From positions 9,482,417-9,521,293 of the forward strand of contig NC_068994.1 in the NCBI RefSeq assembly GCF_001194135.2: a DNA stretch of 38,877 bases, read 5' to 3'. This DNA is from Octopus bimaculoides. Lineage: Eukaryota. Shown piece after piece: positions 22,783 through 34,780 of the stretch. Every line of letters starts with the position of its first letter. Within the stretch, counting starts at the first letter, position 1. A program made the translations under genes and the position numbers. The notes beneath the pieces were generated by a model that saw only the letters and a list, made by a program, of their open reading frames with translations, was not told the DNA's origin and searched no databases.

Positions 22783-23316
22783 TTACGATACTTCTATATT
22801 AAATTTAGTTTGATAAACTAATTTGTTAAAACTTTGGAGATACCTCGGTTTAAGAGAATATCAGAATATGTCTTAGCCATAACTGCGTTAGATTACAGCA
22901 AATTTAAGGAGCAGATGTCTGTCAGATTTTACTGAATGTGATCAAATCATAAATACACTAGAATTAGAATGATTACACGGAATTCGTGTGCCTGATTCAT
23001 ACCCTACCTGCAAAAAGATTTTTAAGGATGATATCCGGATTTAAAATGAAATATGGTATTATCAAAATGATACCTTCGACTATTCGTTCTATAAAATCTT
23101 AGCACGATACTTGATGAGCAATGGGAAAAAATACAACATGACAGCAGGATTTTGGAATGGCGAAGAAACAAGAAGATATCTTATTATTGTTATCCAATTG
23201 CATGTATAAAATTTTGGATATATGCATAGCTGTCTATTTTCAATTATTTTTAGATCTGTTTAGCCAAAGTGATATAGATCTGTTATAAAAATCTGTTTAG
23301 CTGTCTGCATAAAAAT

Positions 23317-23418
23317 GGTGAAAGGCAAACTTAGTGAAATTTGAACCTAGAACGTAAACACTGACAAAAGTACTGCCAGGTATTTTGTCCAGCTTGCTAA
23401 GGATACTGTCAGCACGCC
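23317..23418 (-). mobile_element. SINE family A, 5' fragment
   Basis: gaaaggcaaac ... aaatttgaacctagaacgtaa ... gctaaggatactgtcagcacgcc. Confidence 0.6.
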
Positions 23419-23739
23419 TTCTTCAATAATAATAATAATAAGAGACAATTCTAAGAAAGAAGGAAAATTAATTAAGTCTAGATAAGATGTAGAATTCCCT
23501 ATTAACACGAATTTAAGAAAAGCCTGTTAAGATCTACAAATACTTTAAAAGCGCTAACCAAAATATTTGAACGAGGATTATCACACTTCTTGTCAAAAAA
23601 TCTGATACTCTAAGATTATTGGCTTCGGTTGAGTACCGATTTCATGCGATTAGATGTGGAGGTACTCATGTACCTGAAAGATTAAGGGTGTTTGTTAAAA
23701 AAATGTTTTAAATAAAATAAAAGAACAAGTATATAATTG

Positions 23740-24045
23740 TGGTCGTTCGGACTATAATGAGAGACAATAGATCTTGAAGCATATCTACAAAACAGATACA
23801 TTGTTGTAACCAGGATACAGAAATGTTGCACAAAATAACAATGCGGACAATGTATACTACAGGAAATCTCGATATTACTAAGGGGAAAATCATGTCTAAA
23901 GGAAATGAACTGTTTCCTTATCGATGTATCATTCCCAATAGATAACAATGTATTTCTTAAAGTATTGAAGAAATTATCCAAATATAAAGATAATAAGAAT
24001 CAAAACTGCAAGCAATAATAATGGGTGTCATGGGAATAACATAAT
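23740..24045 (+). mobile_element. Decayed C-terminal restriction-like endonuclease (RLE) region of an R4/Dong-like non-LTR retrotransposon
   Basis: 23908-23991 translates NCFLIDVSFPIDNNVFLKVLKKLSKYKD; after a frameshift or deletion, 24015-24038 reads IIMGVMGI. This fits the RLE pattern C.LIDV..P.D.N...K..EK..KY.D ... IIIGALG. The upstream part is disrupted. Confidence 0.7.
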
Positions 24046-24074
24046 ATGATATAACCAAATACATTTTATAAACG

Positions 24075-24143
<69 letters not shown>

Positions 24144-24266
24144 TTAATATTTCTAAGTCTCTCTAAAGGAGACTAAGGCAGCGGTACTGGAAATTAATAA
24201 TTATCGCCAAGCCAACATGGCAGTCCCAAATATAGGACGAATGCTGCCGCGGATTAGCTCCAAGAG

Positions 24267-24359
24267 GCCATCACCTCTGGCTAGCTACGTGATCTCCCCT
24301 GTTCGAAGGTTATAAAGGACACAGATTCGTGTGTCACATAGCTAGCTAGAGGCGATGGC
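24267..24359. repeat. 26-bp imperfect inverted repeat ending exactly at an assembly gap
   Basis: gccatcacctctggctagctacgtga (24267-92) versus tcacatagctagctagaggcgatggc (24334-59): 23 of 26 Watson-Crick pairs, 41-nt spacer. Confidence 0.9.
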
Positions 24360-24802
24360 NNNNNNNNNNNNNNNNNNNNNNNNNNNNNNNNNNNNNNNNN
24401 NNNNNNNNNNNNNNNNNNNNNNNNNNNNNNNNNNNNNNNNNNNNNNNNNNNNNNNNNNNNNNNNNNNNNNNNNNNNNNNNNNNNNNNNNNNNNNNNNNNN
24501 NNNNNNNNNNNNNNNNNNNNNNNNNNNNNNNNNNNNNNNNNNNNNNNNNNNNNNNNNNNNNNNNNNNNNNNNNNNNNNNNNNNNNNNNNNNNNNNNNNNN
24601 NNNNNNNNNNNNNNNNNNNNNNNNNNNNNNNNNNNNNNNNNNNNNNNNTATATATATAAAATATACACGCACTATACAGAATATATTAACTGGACACATG
24701 ATATACGATAACTACATGCAGAATTGTCTCTAGAAGATACATATACAAAACCAGGAAGCACATTTTCAGTATACAGTGACATACCTTCTTTGGTACCATC
24801 AA

Positions 24803-24883
<81 letters not shown>

Positions 24884-24946
24884 TCTATTGTTATTGTTCT
24901 TATTGTTATTGTTATTGTTGTTGTTGTTGTTGTTATTGTTGTTGTT
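24803..24946. repeat. (ATT)n grading into (GTT)/(ATT) compound microsatellite
   Basis: Direct reading; produces the poly-Y and poly-I ORFs. Confidence 0.95.
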
Positions 24947-24957
24947 ACGATTAAGTC

Positions 24958-24995
24958 GGCGAGTGGTAAGTCGTTAGCACACCGGAGAAGATGCT
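24958..24995 (+). mobile_element. SINE family A, head fragment
   Basis: ggcgagtggtaagtcgttagcacaccggagaagatgc, following an (ATT)n/(GTT)n tract. Confidence 0.5.
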
Positions 24996-26631
24996 ATTTC
25001 TATACTGTTATATAATTTCGGGTGCTGACGTTTTGGTGATTTCTCATTTGACATTATGTTCGAAACGATACATGGAGATTCTCGAAGAACGAAGCAGGAA
25101 CTAAGCAAATTATTGCATACATTGTCAATCTTCGCTTTCTAAATGTTATATATGTATATAATGCCCGAAATAACGCTTATTGTTTCTAATCCATCATTCT
25201 AATTGCCACTACCTTACTGTCATGCATGCTAATAATTTGAATTTTACAAATTAATTGAACTGCTGACACTTCGCATGTTTATTGCAATTATATTATAGGA
25301 TATGTTTACATCTTCATTATTGTTATTGTTCTCAACAGATATTTCATTGAAAAAAAAAGTAGTTGATGGCCATATATCTAAATTAAAATTTTGTGCCATT
25401 TTGGATACCACATTTAGTTTTGTTTTCTATTACTAATTGTTCTTTTTTACTGTGCCGACAAAACGCTTTTTTTCAGACAATTAGGAAATTGGACTGATGG
25501 TTTAATTTTTACTTTCTTTGTGTTTATTTTGTATTATTACTTTATTGTTCGTGATTTATAATTTCATAGAATTTAATTAAGAAGAATTGGAACGTAAAAT
25601 TAAATAAAAGACAAACTTCATTTATGTGCTCTCTCATCCCAATAAATGAAGGCATTAATACTACACTCACAAACATAATGTAGATGTCAGCCAACCCAGG
25701 AAAACGAAGCAAAAGCTTAACATTAGGCATCGTGCAAATTAGCCTCTACTGCAAATACGATCAATAACGTATGCAAAAGTACAAATTTAAACCGAATTTT
25801 GTAATTTCTAAATTTAAATTACGCATTTATTTTAGAAAATACAAGAACACAGGAAATATATTGAATACACTTATCCGGTTTTCATCTCCGGTAGATACCC
25901 TACTTGCGTTTGTCATAAACTTTAGTGAAAGAACAATCCAGATGTAGTTTTGTGTATTTAAGGCGGGAACAAGTTGAATGAACTTAGAAAATATTTCGGA
26001 TTACATTTTTGTAATAGGCCATAACTTGCCTATTTCAAAGTACAACTTCCAGACCAAGATGTATTATATGCTTCTTATATGTTAAGCAAATATAACATAG
26101 ATCATTTGTAGAAATATAATATAGGAGAAAAGATACTGGATCTTTAGAATACCGATACAACACAAAAGGCCAATTGATATTTGTCTTAGACTGACTTCTC
26201 AACATGGAGAACAACAATCGATATAATATTCTCAAAGCATGATAGCCTTTTTTACCACGATAATCAAAAGTACCTGTCTTTTACACATGTGTAATACCCA
26301 TTCGATGTTTGAATCACTATAAACTCGTAAATTATCATGCTTCAATCATATTTGATTGGGAAGCCATATCGTAACAATGGTATGAAAAGCGACAGTGATT
26401 TCCAGGGACTTCACCCATAGTTTAATGTTTTACACAAATTAATATGAATGCCATCATCATAAAAATGGATATGTTAAACAAGAGGTTTTTGTAGTTTCCA
26501 TTGTCTGGATGCAACTAAAATAATTTACTTCAGTTCAGGAACAAGGGTACGATTCATCGCAGCAGTGCACAGACTTCAATACTAGTCTTCAAAACAAAAA
26601 AATACCAAATAATCAACCATGTTGTCAGGGG

Positions 26632-26748
26632 TTTTGTAAAGGGTATGAGCGGGTTGAGTATAGTTTACAAATACGGACACAACACCCGACGGTTCAGAAA
26701 TAGGATCAACGTCTGTGAGATCAATACCCTAACCGTTATACCACTCGC
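26632..26748 (-). mobile_element. Highly degraded tRNA/CORE-like SINE
   Basis: Minus strand gcgagtggtataacggttagggtatt (box A-like), then cgggtgttgtgtcc in the CORE-like position. Confidence 0.35.
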
Positions 26749-27787
26749 TTTCATGAAGATTTAATAGAAATTTAGTATAAAAAAGAAACAAATTTAATGA
26801 TATTTTAAGGTTTTACGCTCCTAAATATTCTAACTACATTCATTTTTGTCTTATCTTGTAATTATCTGTAGATTGGAACAACGCTGTTGTTTGTGCGGAT
26901 TCGGCTGATTGAGTCTCATTTATTTTCCGTTGCATTTGCAATTGAACTTTATGTGAATAAACTGGTGAAGTATTTGAGTTATCCTACTAAACTGCAGTCG
27001 TATAGCTTTTTTTATTTTATTAGATACGGACGTTGATCTGGTTAACAAAAGCAGATACGTGAAAGATGTAGATGGAGCAGCTAATGTGTGTGCTCGTGTG
27101 CGTATTTGTCATGTGCATTTCAGCGTAAGATTAGTAGCATCAACAATATTCATTCAACCTTGCTACTCACCCTCTGTATCTACCAGATTTGTTTTCTAAC
27201 ACATTGACAATTGACCGTTATTATTTCATTTTTTTGTTTTTGTTTTTGTTTTTCAGGGAACAAATTTCAACTGCCGTTACATATCTTTAATGATTCATAT
27301 AACGATATTCTTCAGGCACACACATGAATAAATACTAAAAAACAATCGCAACGTAGCATCAAAATTCACTTTCAAAAATTCCTCAACAGCCCATATATAT
27401 TGAGATGCAAATATATAAATTTACATTTAAAATACATTTAAACTGTTCTCCTTCATTTCTTTCTAGAATGCACAATTAGCCTAAACTAACGGAAATAAGA
27501 GAACTATAATGTTTATTGAGCTATGCGACGAATACATTACAATCTCTTTATCTTCATGCCAGTTTATATGTGAGACGTGGAGTAGAAAATGTAAATAATA
27601 ATAAAGTAAATGATTTAGGTGAGCGAAAAAAATGTTGGTCTTGTATTTAATTTCTCGTAAACGTAATCTCTTCATTAAAAGTCGACTTTTTCACAGGTAA
27701 TATCCAATTATTTAGCTCTGGTGAAATTTTTCAATAGACATCTTCGTTACGATATGTTTACATCATTCAAATGGTGGCATAGAATAT

Positions 27788-27807
27788 ATTATTATTATTA
27801 TTATTAT

Positions 27808-27858
<51 letters not shown>

Positions 27859-27892
27859 TAGTAGTAGTAGTATTGTTGTTGTTGTTATTATT
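27788..27892. repeat. (ATT)n(AGT)n(GTT)n compound microsatellite
   Basis: Direct reading. Confidence 0.9.
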
Positions 27893-28719
27893 TCAGTAGA
27901 CATATTTATTACGTTTTCGTGCCAATGTCAATGGCCTAAAATACCTAGCAATCACTCTCTCTCTCTCTCTCNNNNNNNNNNNNNNNNNNNNNNNNNNNNN
28001 NNNNNNNNNNNNNNNNNNNNNNNNNNNNNNNNNNNNNNNNNNNNNNNNNNNNNNNNNNNNNNNNNNNNNNNNNNNNNNNNNNNNNNNNNNNNNNNNNNNN
28101 NNNNNNNNNNNNNNNNNNNNNNNNNNNNNNNNNNNNNNNNNNNNNNNNNNNNNNNNNNNNNNNNNNNNNNNNNNNNNNNNNNNNNNNNNNNNNNNNNNNN
28201 NNNNNNNNNNNNNNNNNNNNNNNNNNNNNNNNNNNNNNNNNNNNNNNNNNNNNNNNNNNNNNNNNNNNNNNNNNNNNNNNNNNNNNNNNNNNNNNNNNNN
28301 NNNNNNNNNNNNNNNNNNNNNNNNNNNNNNNNNNNNNNNNNNNNNNNNNNNNNNNNNNNNNNNNNNNNNNNNNNNNNNNNNNNNNNNNNNNNNNNNNNNN
28401 NNNNNNNNNNNNNNNNNNNNNNNNNNNNNNNNNNNNNNNNNNNNNNNNNNNNNNNNNNNNNNNNNNNNNNNNNNNNNNNNNNNNNNNNNNNNNNNNNNNN
28501 NNNNNNNNNNNNNNNNNNNNNNNNNNNNNNNNNNNNNNNNNNNNNNNNATATATATACATACATACATATATTTTGTGTTTTTTTCTGTCTGAACTTTTT
28601 TCTGTTTTACATGAGCACAAGATTCAAAAACATCATATATAGGTGTAAGCATTTTCAAGATTAACACAGGACTTCTAAATACAACAACCACAAGAGTAAC
28701 AACAACACAAACAGCAAGA

Positions 28720-28930
28720 ATAATACTTTCTACTATAGACACAGTGCTTGTAATTTTGGGAGGAGAGGCTTAGTCGCGTACATCGACACCGGTACTCAAC
28801 TGATACTTATTTTGTCGACCCCGAAAGGATGAAAGGCAAAGTTGACCTCGGTGGAATTTGAACTAAGAATGTAACGGCAGACAAAATACCACTAAGCATT
28901 TTGCCGAGCGTAACGATTCTGCCAGCTCGT
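28720..28930 (-). mobile_element. SINE family A, near full length
   Basis: tcgaccccgaaaggatgaaaggcaaagttgacctcggtggaatttgaact ... taacgattctgccagctcg. Confidence 0.88.
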
Positions 28931-28950
28931 TCTTTTACTAATAAATATAC

Positions 28951-29135
28951 CAATCCTTTCTACTAAAAGCACAAGACCTCAAATTTGTCTGGAGGGGACA
29001 AGTCCATAACATCGACCTCAGGGTTTAACTGGTACTTAATTTATCGACCCCGAATAGATGAAAGACAAATTCGACTAGGCGGCATTTGAGCTCAGAACGT
29101 ACAACCCAGCGTGTTAACGACTCTGCCAGTTCGCC
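28951..29135 (-). mobile_element. SINE family A, internally deleted, in tandem with the previous copy
   Basis: ctggtacttaatttatcgaccccgaatagatgaaagacaaattcgac ... ttaacgactctgccagttcgcc. Confidence 0.82.
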
Positions 29136-29156
29136 GCAAATAACAATAATGACGAA

Positions 29157-29197
<41 letters not shown>

Positions 29198-30068
29198 TAA
29201 AACCTGACTTAATCGGCAAAGCCAATGTGTTGACGCACAACATGAAACTTAATTATGAATACAGAAGAATATCTAGGTGACCAATATTAAAGGAGAACAT
29301 GAAATGAATAAATAATCAAAGAGAACTATAAGAGCATTTATAATTTTCAATGGTTTTGTTGGTCGTGAAAGTTGACCACTAACGTAAGCGTATAGATGCG
29401 TATGTGTGTCTGTGCGTTTATGTGCACGCCTGTATGATAATAGTTGTAGCACAGTCGACGTTGATGATTGCATGTGGAATCGTGTTTTCATGAAGTCACT
29501 ATGCCAACCAGCTTTTATATGACTAGTGTTTATCACAATTATACTAATGAACGGAGTCTAATCACGCAAATATAATTACAGAACGAAGATCGGGCGTTTT
29601 TTGAAATATGACTACGGTTGTTTGTCGAGCTCTTGTTTGTTCTGATATATGTGTGATGTGTATGCGTGCGGGCGCGCGTGTGTCTGCGTGTAGAATGCGA
29701 AATGGTTCAAAAATATATTAATATTGAAAACATGTCCCTGACAGGCGGAATTATATACATTTCAGCCTCTGGAAAACAGCCACGTGTTTTCTAGTCGAAA
29801 TGAAGTCAAAGAAGCAAGAGGAAAATGAAAAATGTAATAAATGTGAATAATCTATATAAAATCTTGTAGAAAATAAAATGCATTTGACGGAAGATTTGTC
29901 CTTTCGTTAACGTTCACATTTTATTCACAAACGCTTTTCAGATCAATGCTCATCATTAACTTTCTAGTACATGCATTTAGTTGTAGCATCACGTGGTCAA
30001 ATCCATATTGAATATCGTTTCAGTCGAACTTCATAAATCGAAACTATGCATAAGGCATTCGTGTGTTC

Positions 30069-30117
<49 letters not shown>

Positions 30118-31329
30118 TGCATGTATTTAATGTATTTATGTATGTATGTATTTACATAGATATATTTTACATCTTTTTTTTCTTTTGCAGCCAACCTCAT
30201 ATGGGCAACAAAAAGTTTATGGCTTTCCTTTTTTCATTCATTCTTCCATTATGCAACTAGCCAAGAATTTTATCACACCATTACGACGCGGAAATACCTA
30301 CACACTTCCTGATATTGCTGAAAAGAAAGAAAAAAAAGTCAAAAGCCCATAAAATTTAGCCGCACTGTCTTAAAAGTAAACGATGATTTACAAAAGCTCA
30401 AAGTAGTCCCAGTTACACAATGTTTGCGTAAAAATATGAAATATAAATTGTGAGAGAATTTATATTCATTTATCATTCTTATAAGAGATGGCATATACAA
30501 ACAAGAGCAACCTAGAATAAAATAAACGAAGCCTTTGAAGAAAAGAAATTGAAGTACTTGTCTGTCGTAAATCCCACCACATACATTGCGTTCCCAAATT
30601 CCTCTCGATGTAGTCTAGTTCCTCACATTAGCTAACCTAGTCGTAGGTCTTCCAACTGGAATAAGAAAAGCCGGAAAACACGTATGATTGTAAATTCTTT
30701 TGATCAGAACTGATGTTGGCCTAAAGAAAGTATCTAAATCTATTATAAACCTCCACAGTTATAAGCTTTCTTACTTAATACAACTTTGTGAAATAACTTA
30801 TAATCCGTCATGACTATGCTAACGGCGAAGTTACATTATAAGTTGCGACAAAATTAAATAATTCTTGCATCAATTTTTAATTAACCGAAACTGAAAATAG
30901 TTCTTGAAGTAAATAGTAAGTCAAGCAATGAAATGATATTGCGTTATATCTTTTCTCTGAAACCAGCGATGTGTAATTCTGTTTATTTCGGTTATTAACA
31001 CATTTCGTTGCATAAGTAGACTACTCCCAAAGGCAATTCTCAGAATTCTATCATCATTCTATCGCTAAAATAGAAGGAACATTTCTCTTGAGCCTTTCGC
31101 TGAAACGATTGTTGGTTGTTGTTGGATTTGTTTTGTCTCAGGTGAACTCGGAGAAGACTTACGATCAAAGATGTCTCTAACGTAACAGTGTCTGCATTCT
31201 GTAGTGTGATTAATTAACTGCGACTATATTTTCCATTATCCAAGAGAAGATGAAGAAAATATATCATTTCAATGGTTTTGAAACGGACACTAAAATTATA
31301 TCAATACAGCTTGGCAGGCTCCAGTCGAT

Positions 31330-31600
31330 ATCTCAGTGTTCGGTTGGGTCATTGACTTTCCATCTCTGATTAATTTATAAATAATGCGTGAACGAAGAAG
31401 ACTCTGCCAACGCCAAAGGTGGAGCCCATGTGACACATGAGTTGTTGGAAATAATAGCTATATCTCTTTCAAAGTCCAAATTTAGCACCTTCAGAAATGT
31501 ATCAAACGTCGCGTAATTTTGTCCAGTCAGGTTTATATTCAGAACAAACTGCTGAATATGACTGAATTTTCTTTAATCTTATGTCGGTTCAAACATAACA
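31330..31600 (-). mobile_element. Possible decayed Mutator-like transposase fragment
   Basis: A 66-codon Met-less minus frame (31572-31375) reads RKFSHIQQFVLNINLTGQNYATFDTFLKVLNL...; downstream DGK/NDPTEH (31337-31365, frameshifted). The resemblance to the LSGNNY...F..FLNL and DGRNDSPGH motifs is from memory only. Confidence 0.3.
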
Positions 31601-33514
31601 GATCTGGATAGGAACAAAAATATAAATAAATAAATAACTAAGCTAAAATATTAACGAATGTAATAACTATTTTCGTACCATCGGTCAGCATAAATACAGA
31701 TGTGGACGCAACTATGTGTCTATTTAAACCCATAGATAGCATCCAAATCATGTTCTCGTTACACAATTTCACCTTAAGAAATGTGACGGACGTTGAATAT
31801 AGGTGGTTACAGAGTGTTGTTTCCCTGTTAAGAAAATAGCCCAATAAGAGATTGAAAAGTTACAAAGTTGAAATAATTTCTAAGAAAATTGAATGTTGTT
31901 TACGTATGTGAAATTCAATATTAATGAAATGAATCTAAATATTTTCATAAAATTTAGTGAAATAACTCTTGAAATCTAACATAATTTTTTTTTTTAATTC
32001 AGAGGAAGATGATTTGAAAGTAAACACTAATTGATTTTAAATAAATTCACTGTTATTCATTAAAAATATTTCTTTCGTCTTGAAGAAGTAAGGAGATGAC
32101 AAAAGACCCGCAATGACCTTTGCTGATTTGTTTAGCATTTCATATTAATTCAGACACAGCCTAGACAATCAGATTTGACTCTATTGTCTCTGGAAAATAG
32201 CTGAAAGAATGAGTGTATGTGTACTACAGCTACACAAAAATTCAAAAGATGACAAAACTTATCTGAAAATTGAAAGGCACAAGTCTAACACATAAATCAA
32301 TATATATGTGTTACTGTGTTCCAAATGCTTAGGAATTCCAATCAATAACTGCAACTGAATGTCCCTCATTCAGTTTCGATGACCACGATTTCTGAGAAAA
32401 TCCTGTGAGTCAGGTCATCTGACACCTCCTCCATAGGATGCTATCAGAAGCAAATACTCTTGGTACCAGAGCCACGGAGCCATGTTGACTCGACACAGAC
32501 TAAGGCATCTTCAAAATTCAATTCGATATTATGGTGTTGGAACATCGACATAGTGGTCGGTATAAATCATGGCGGTTGTAAGGAAACTCTCATTCACAGC
32601 ATCAAAATCTCAACCAATGAGCTGCAGTAATTTAAAAGTATGTATTCTATCATATTGCCTCAATATTCGGTTGCGGTGCAAAAAGTGACAGGCAGTAATA
32701 CGCTAAATATTGTTATTAGTCGAAGTAATAACCTACAGTGAGAAAAATATGCAATGGTGATATATATNNNNNNNNNNNNNNNNNNNNNNNNNNNNNNNNN
32801 NNNNNNNNNNNNNNNNNATATATATTAATAAAACGGAAAATGGCAATAACCTTCTTTGTTCGAACGAGGAAAAGATTAAACTAATATAATAGTACATTAT
32901 ACTTACTGTGACCCATGAAAGTGGCAGAAATAAAATGAAATCTTTGACCTAGTCTGACATTAATTCATGTAGTCAGCTGTTTTGTAATTATATCTTCCTG
33001 AGTTAGAATACTTTTATGTGCTTTAAAAACTTCCATTTATTTTCCTTGACGAAACAATATTCTTGTATATTCAATGACAAAACGAACGAAATAAATAAAG
33101 CTGTGGTATTCTATACCCAGGATCGTACGTTAGTCAATTTCAATATATTTCGTTGTGTCCTTCAGCAATAAAGAATAAAAATGATACAAAACTATAAGAT
33201 GAATGAAAAGCAAATGCCTTCAGTCTGTTTTCATTCCTAATTAGGAAATCAATACATACACATTATTTGTATGTAAATTAAATTCGCTTCTACGTCAGAT
33301 TCGTGTCTTCCAATAAAAGAGAAAACTAAAAATGAAAGCGAAGAATGAAATTTCTACAGTTACAATAAGAACTCGGATGGATGGAATCATTGATGAAGTT
33401 AATTGAATCTCCAGCAATACCATTGTCTGGCGAGAAACTGTTGAAATAATACTTTTCAGACAAAGCAATTATGATTGTTTATACATATATACAGACACAA
33501 CATTACAATTATAC

Positions 33515-33545
<31 letters not shown>

Positions 33546-33585
33546 TTATACATATATATTTAAGAATATGCTTACATAGTTAAGC

Positions 33586-33587
<2 letters not shown>

Positions 33588-33642
<55 letters not shown>

Positions 33643-33767
33643 CTTATATGATTTCATATACATAATATTCTCTCTCTCTCTATATAGACCGCAGCCACTT
33701 GGCTGAAACACATAAATAAATAAAAAATAAATAAATATGCGTATATATATGCGTATATATATATACA

Positions 33768-33838
<71 letters not shown>
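33588..33838. repeat. (TA)n and (TA)n(GA)n microsatellite cluster with a family C 3'-end remnant at 33687-33720
   Basis: Direct reading; the remnant matches the reverse complement of 18491-18525. Confidence 0.9.
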
Positions 33839-33842
<4 letters not shown>

Positions 33843-34242
33843 GATCTAGTTCAGAGACATACGTTTATATATGCATGTAAGAGATTATATGCGTTTTAAT
33901 GTAAACACACACGAAGATATATAGACACATGCATATATGCACACACACACATAGATGTACACATACGCCGAAACATTATATTATATACTCTTCATTTCTT
34001 TAAGATAATTTTAGTGCTATGTTTTATAACTCTTATGGTTGCTGCAAAATATATCCATTAATCAAATTCGAACGGTTTCATGATGTCATTATATGCGATA
34101 TTATCGCGTTCTCTTTTGCTAAGTGGCACTACACCACATATTTAGTGTCTATATACATTACATATAAACACATACACACACACACACACACACACACTCA
34201 CACACTTCTATATGTGCGTATCCGTGTGTGTATGTGTGTGCG

Positions 34243-34285
<43 letters not shown>

Positions 34286-34399
34286 AAATATATCCATATA
34301 TATTTTTGCATATTTATTTAGTGCATGTTTATAAATAAACACATACACGAGAATAACACAAAGAACCCACTGCCTGTTGAAACTGTGTTGTCCCAAAGA

Positions 34400-34780
34400 C
34401 CTGTCCACTCGATCAGGTATGAATGATTAAATCCGTCATACAAGAGGCAGGAGTTAGAGGAACGCTAAATGACAACACAACCGATAAAAAGGCGAATTCA
34501 AAAATCGTTATGCTGATCAGATATTTTTCTTGAGTTACAGGGACAAATGTAATATTACAAAGATGGCCAGCCATGTGATTGAGTTTCAAGTTGAGTGCCA
34601 TACGACATACTACCAAATGGAAAAGAGACGAAAACTCCACACCTTGTGTTAACGGATCAGAAAAATTTAAGCTGTACGTAGCTGAAAGACCTCGAATACT
34701 TTTACAGATCTGAGAAACCTAACACATTGCTGAATTCTTGATCCGGAACTTTCTTGTGATTGTAAGCATATGACTAACTT
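34400..34780 (+). mobile_element. Decayed pogo/Tigger (DDE_1) transposase fragment
   Basis: In the expected order: ADQIF (34512-26), CVNGSEKFKLYVAERPR (34645-95; compare LC.NA.GSEKLK.LVIGK...PR) and aagcatatgact (34764-75), a 2-nt-deleted K-A-W-M-T. Multiple frameshifts and stops. Confidence 0.5.

Noticed and set aside
27893-28742. Long ORFs of 185-265 aa here and at 13905-14515 and 24342-24711
   Set aside because: They are made almost entirely of X residues from N gaps.
31142-31185. Exon after the strong acceptor ttgttttgtctcAG
   Set aside because: The sequence resembles the repeat at 20932-21000, the donor is weak, and frames close within 14 codons.
32595-32621. Minus-strand LIG*DFDA resembling the LINE APE motif GDFNA
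   Set aside because: It is a single short motif with an in-frame stop, and the flanking APE motifs are not convincingly present.
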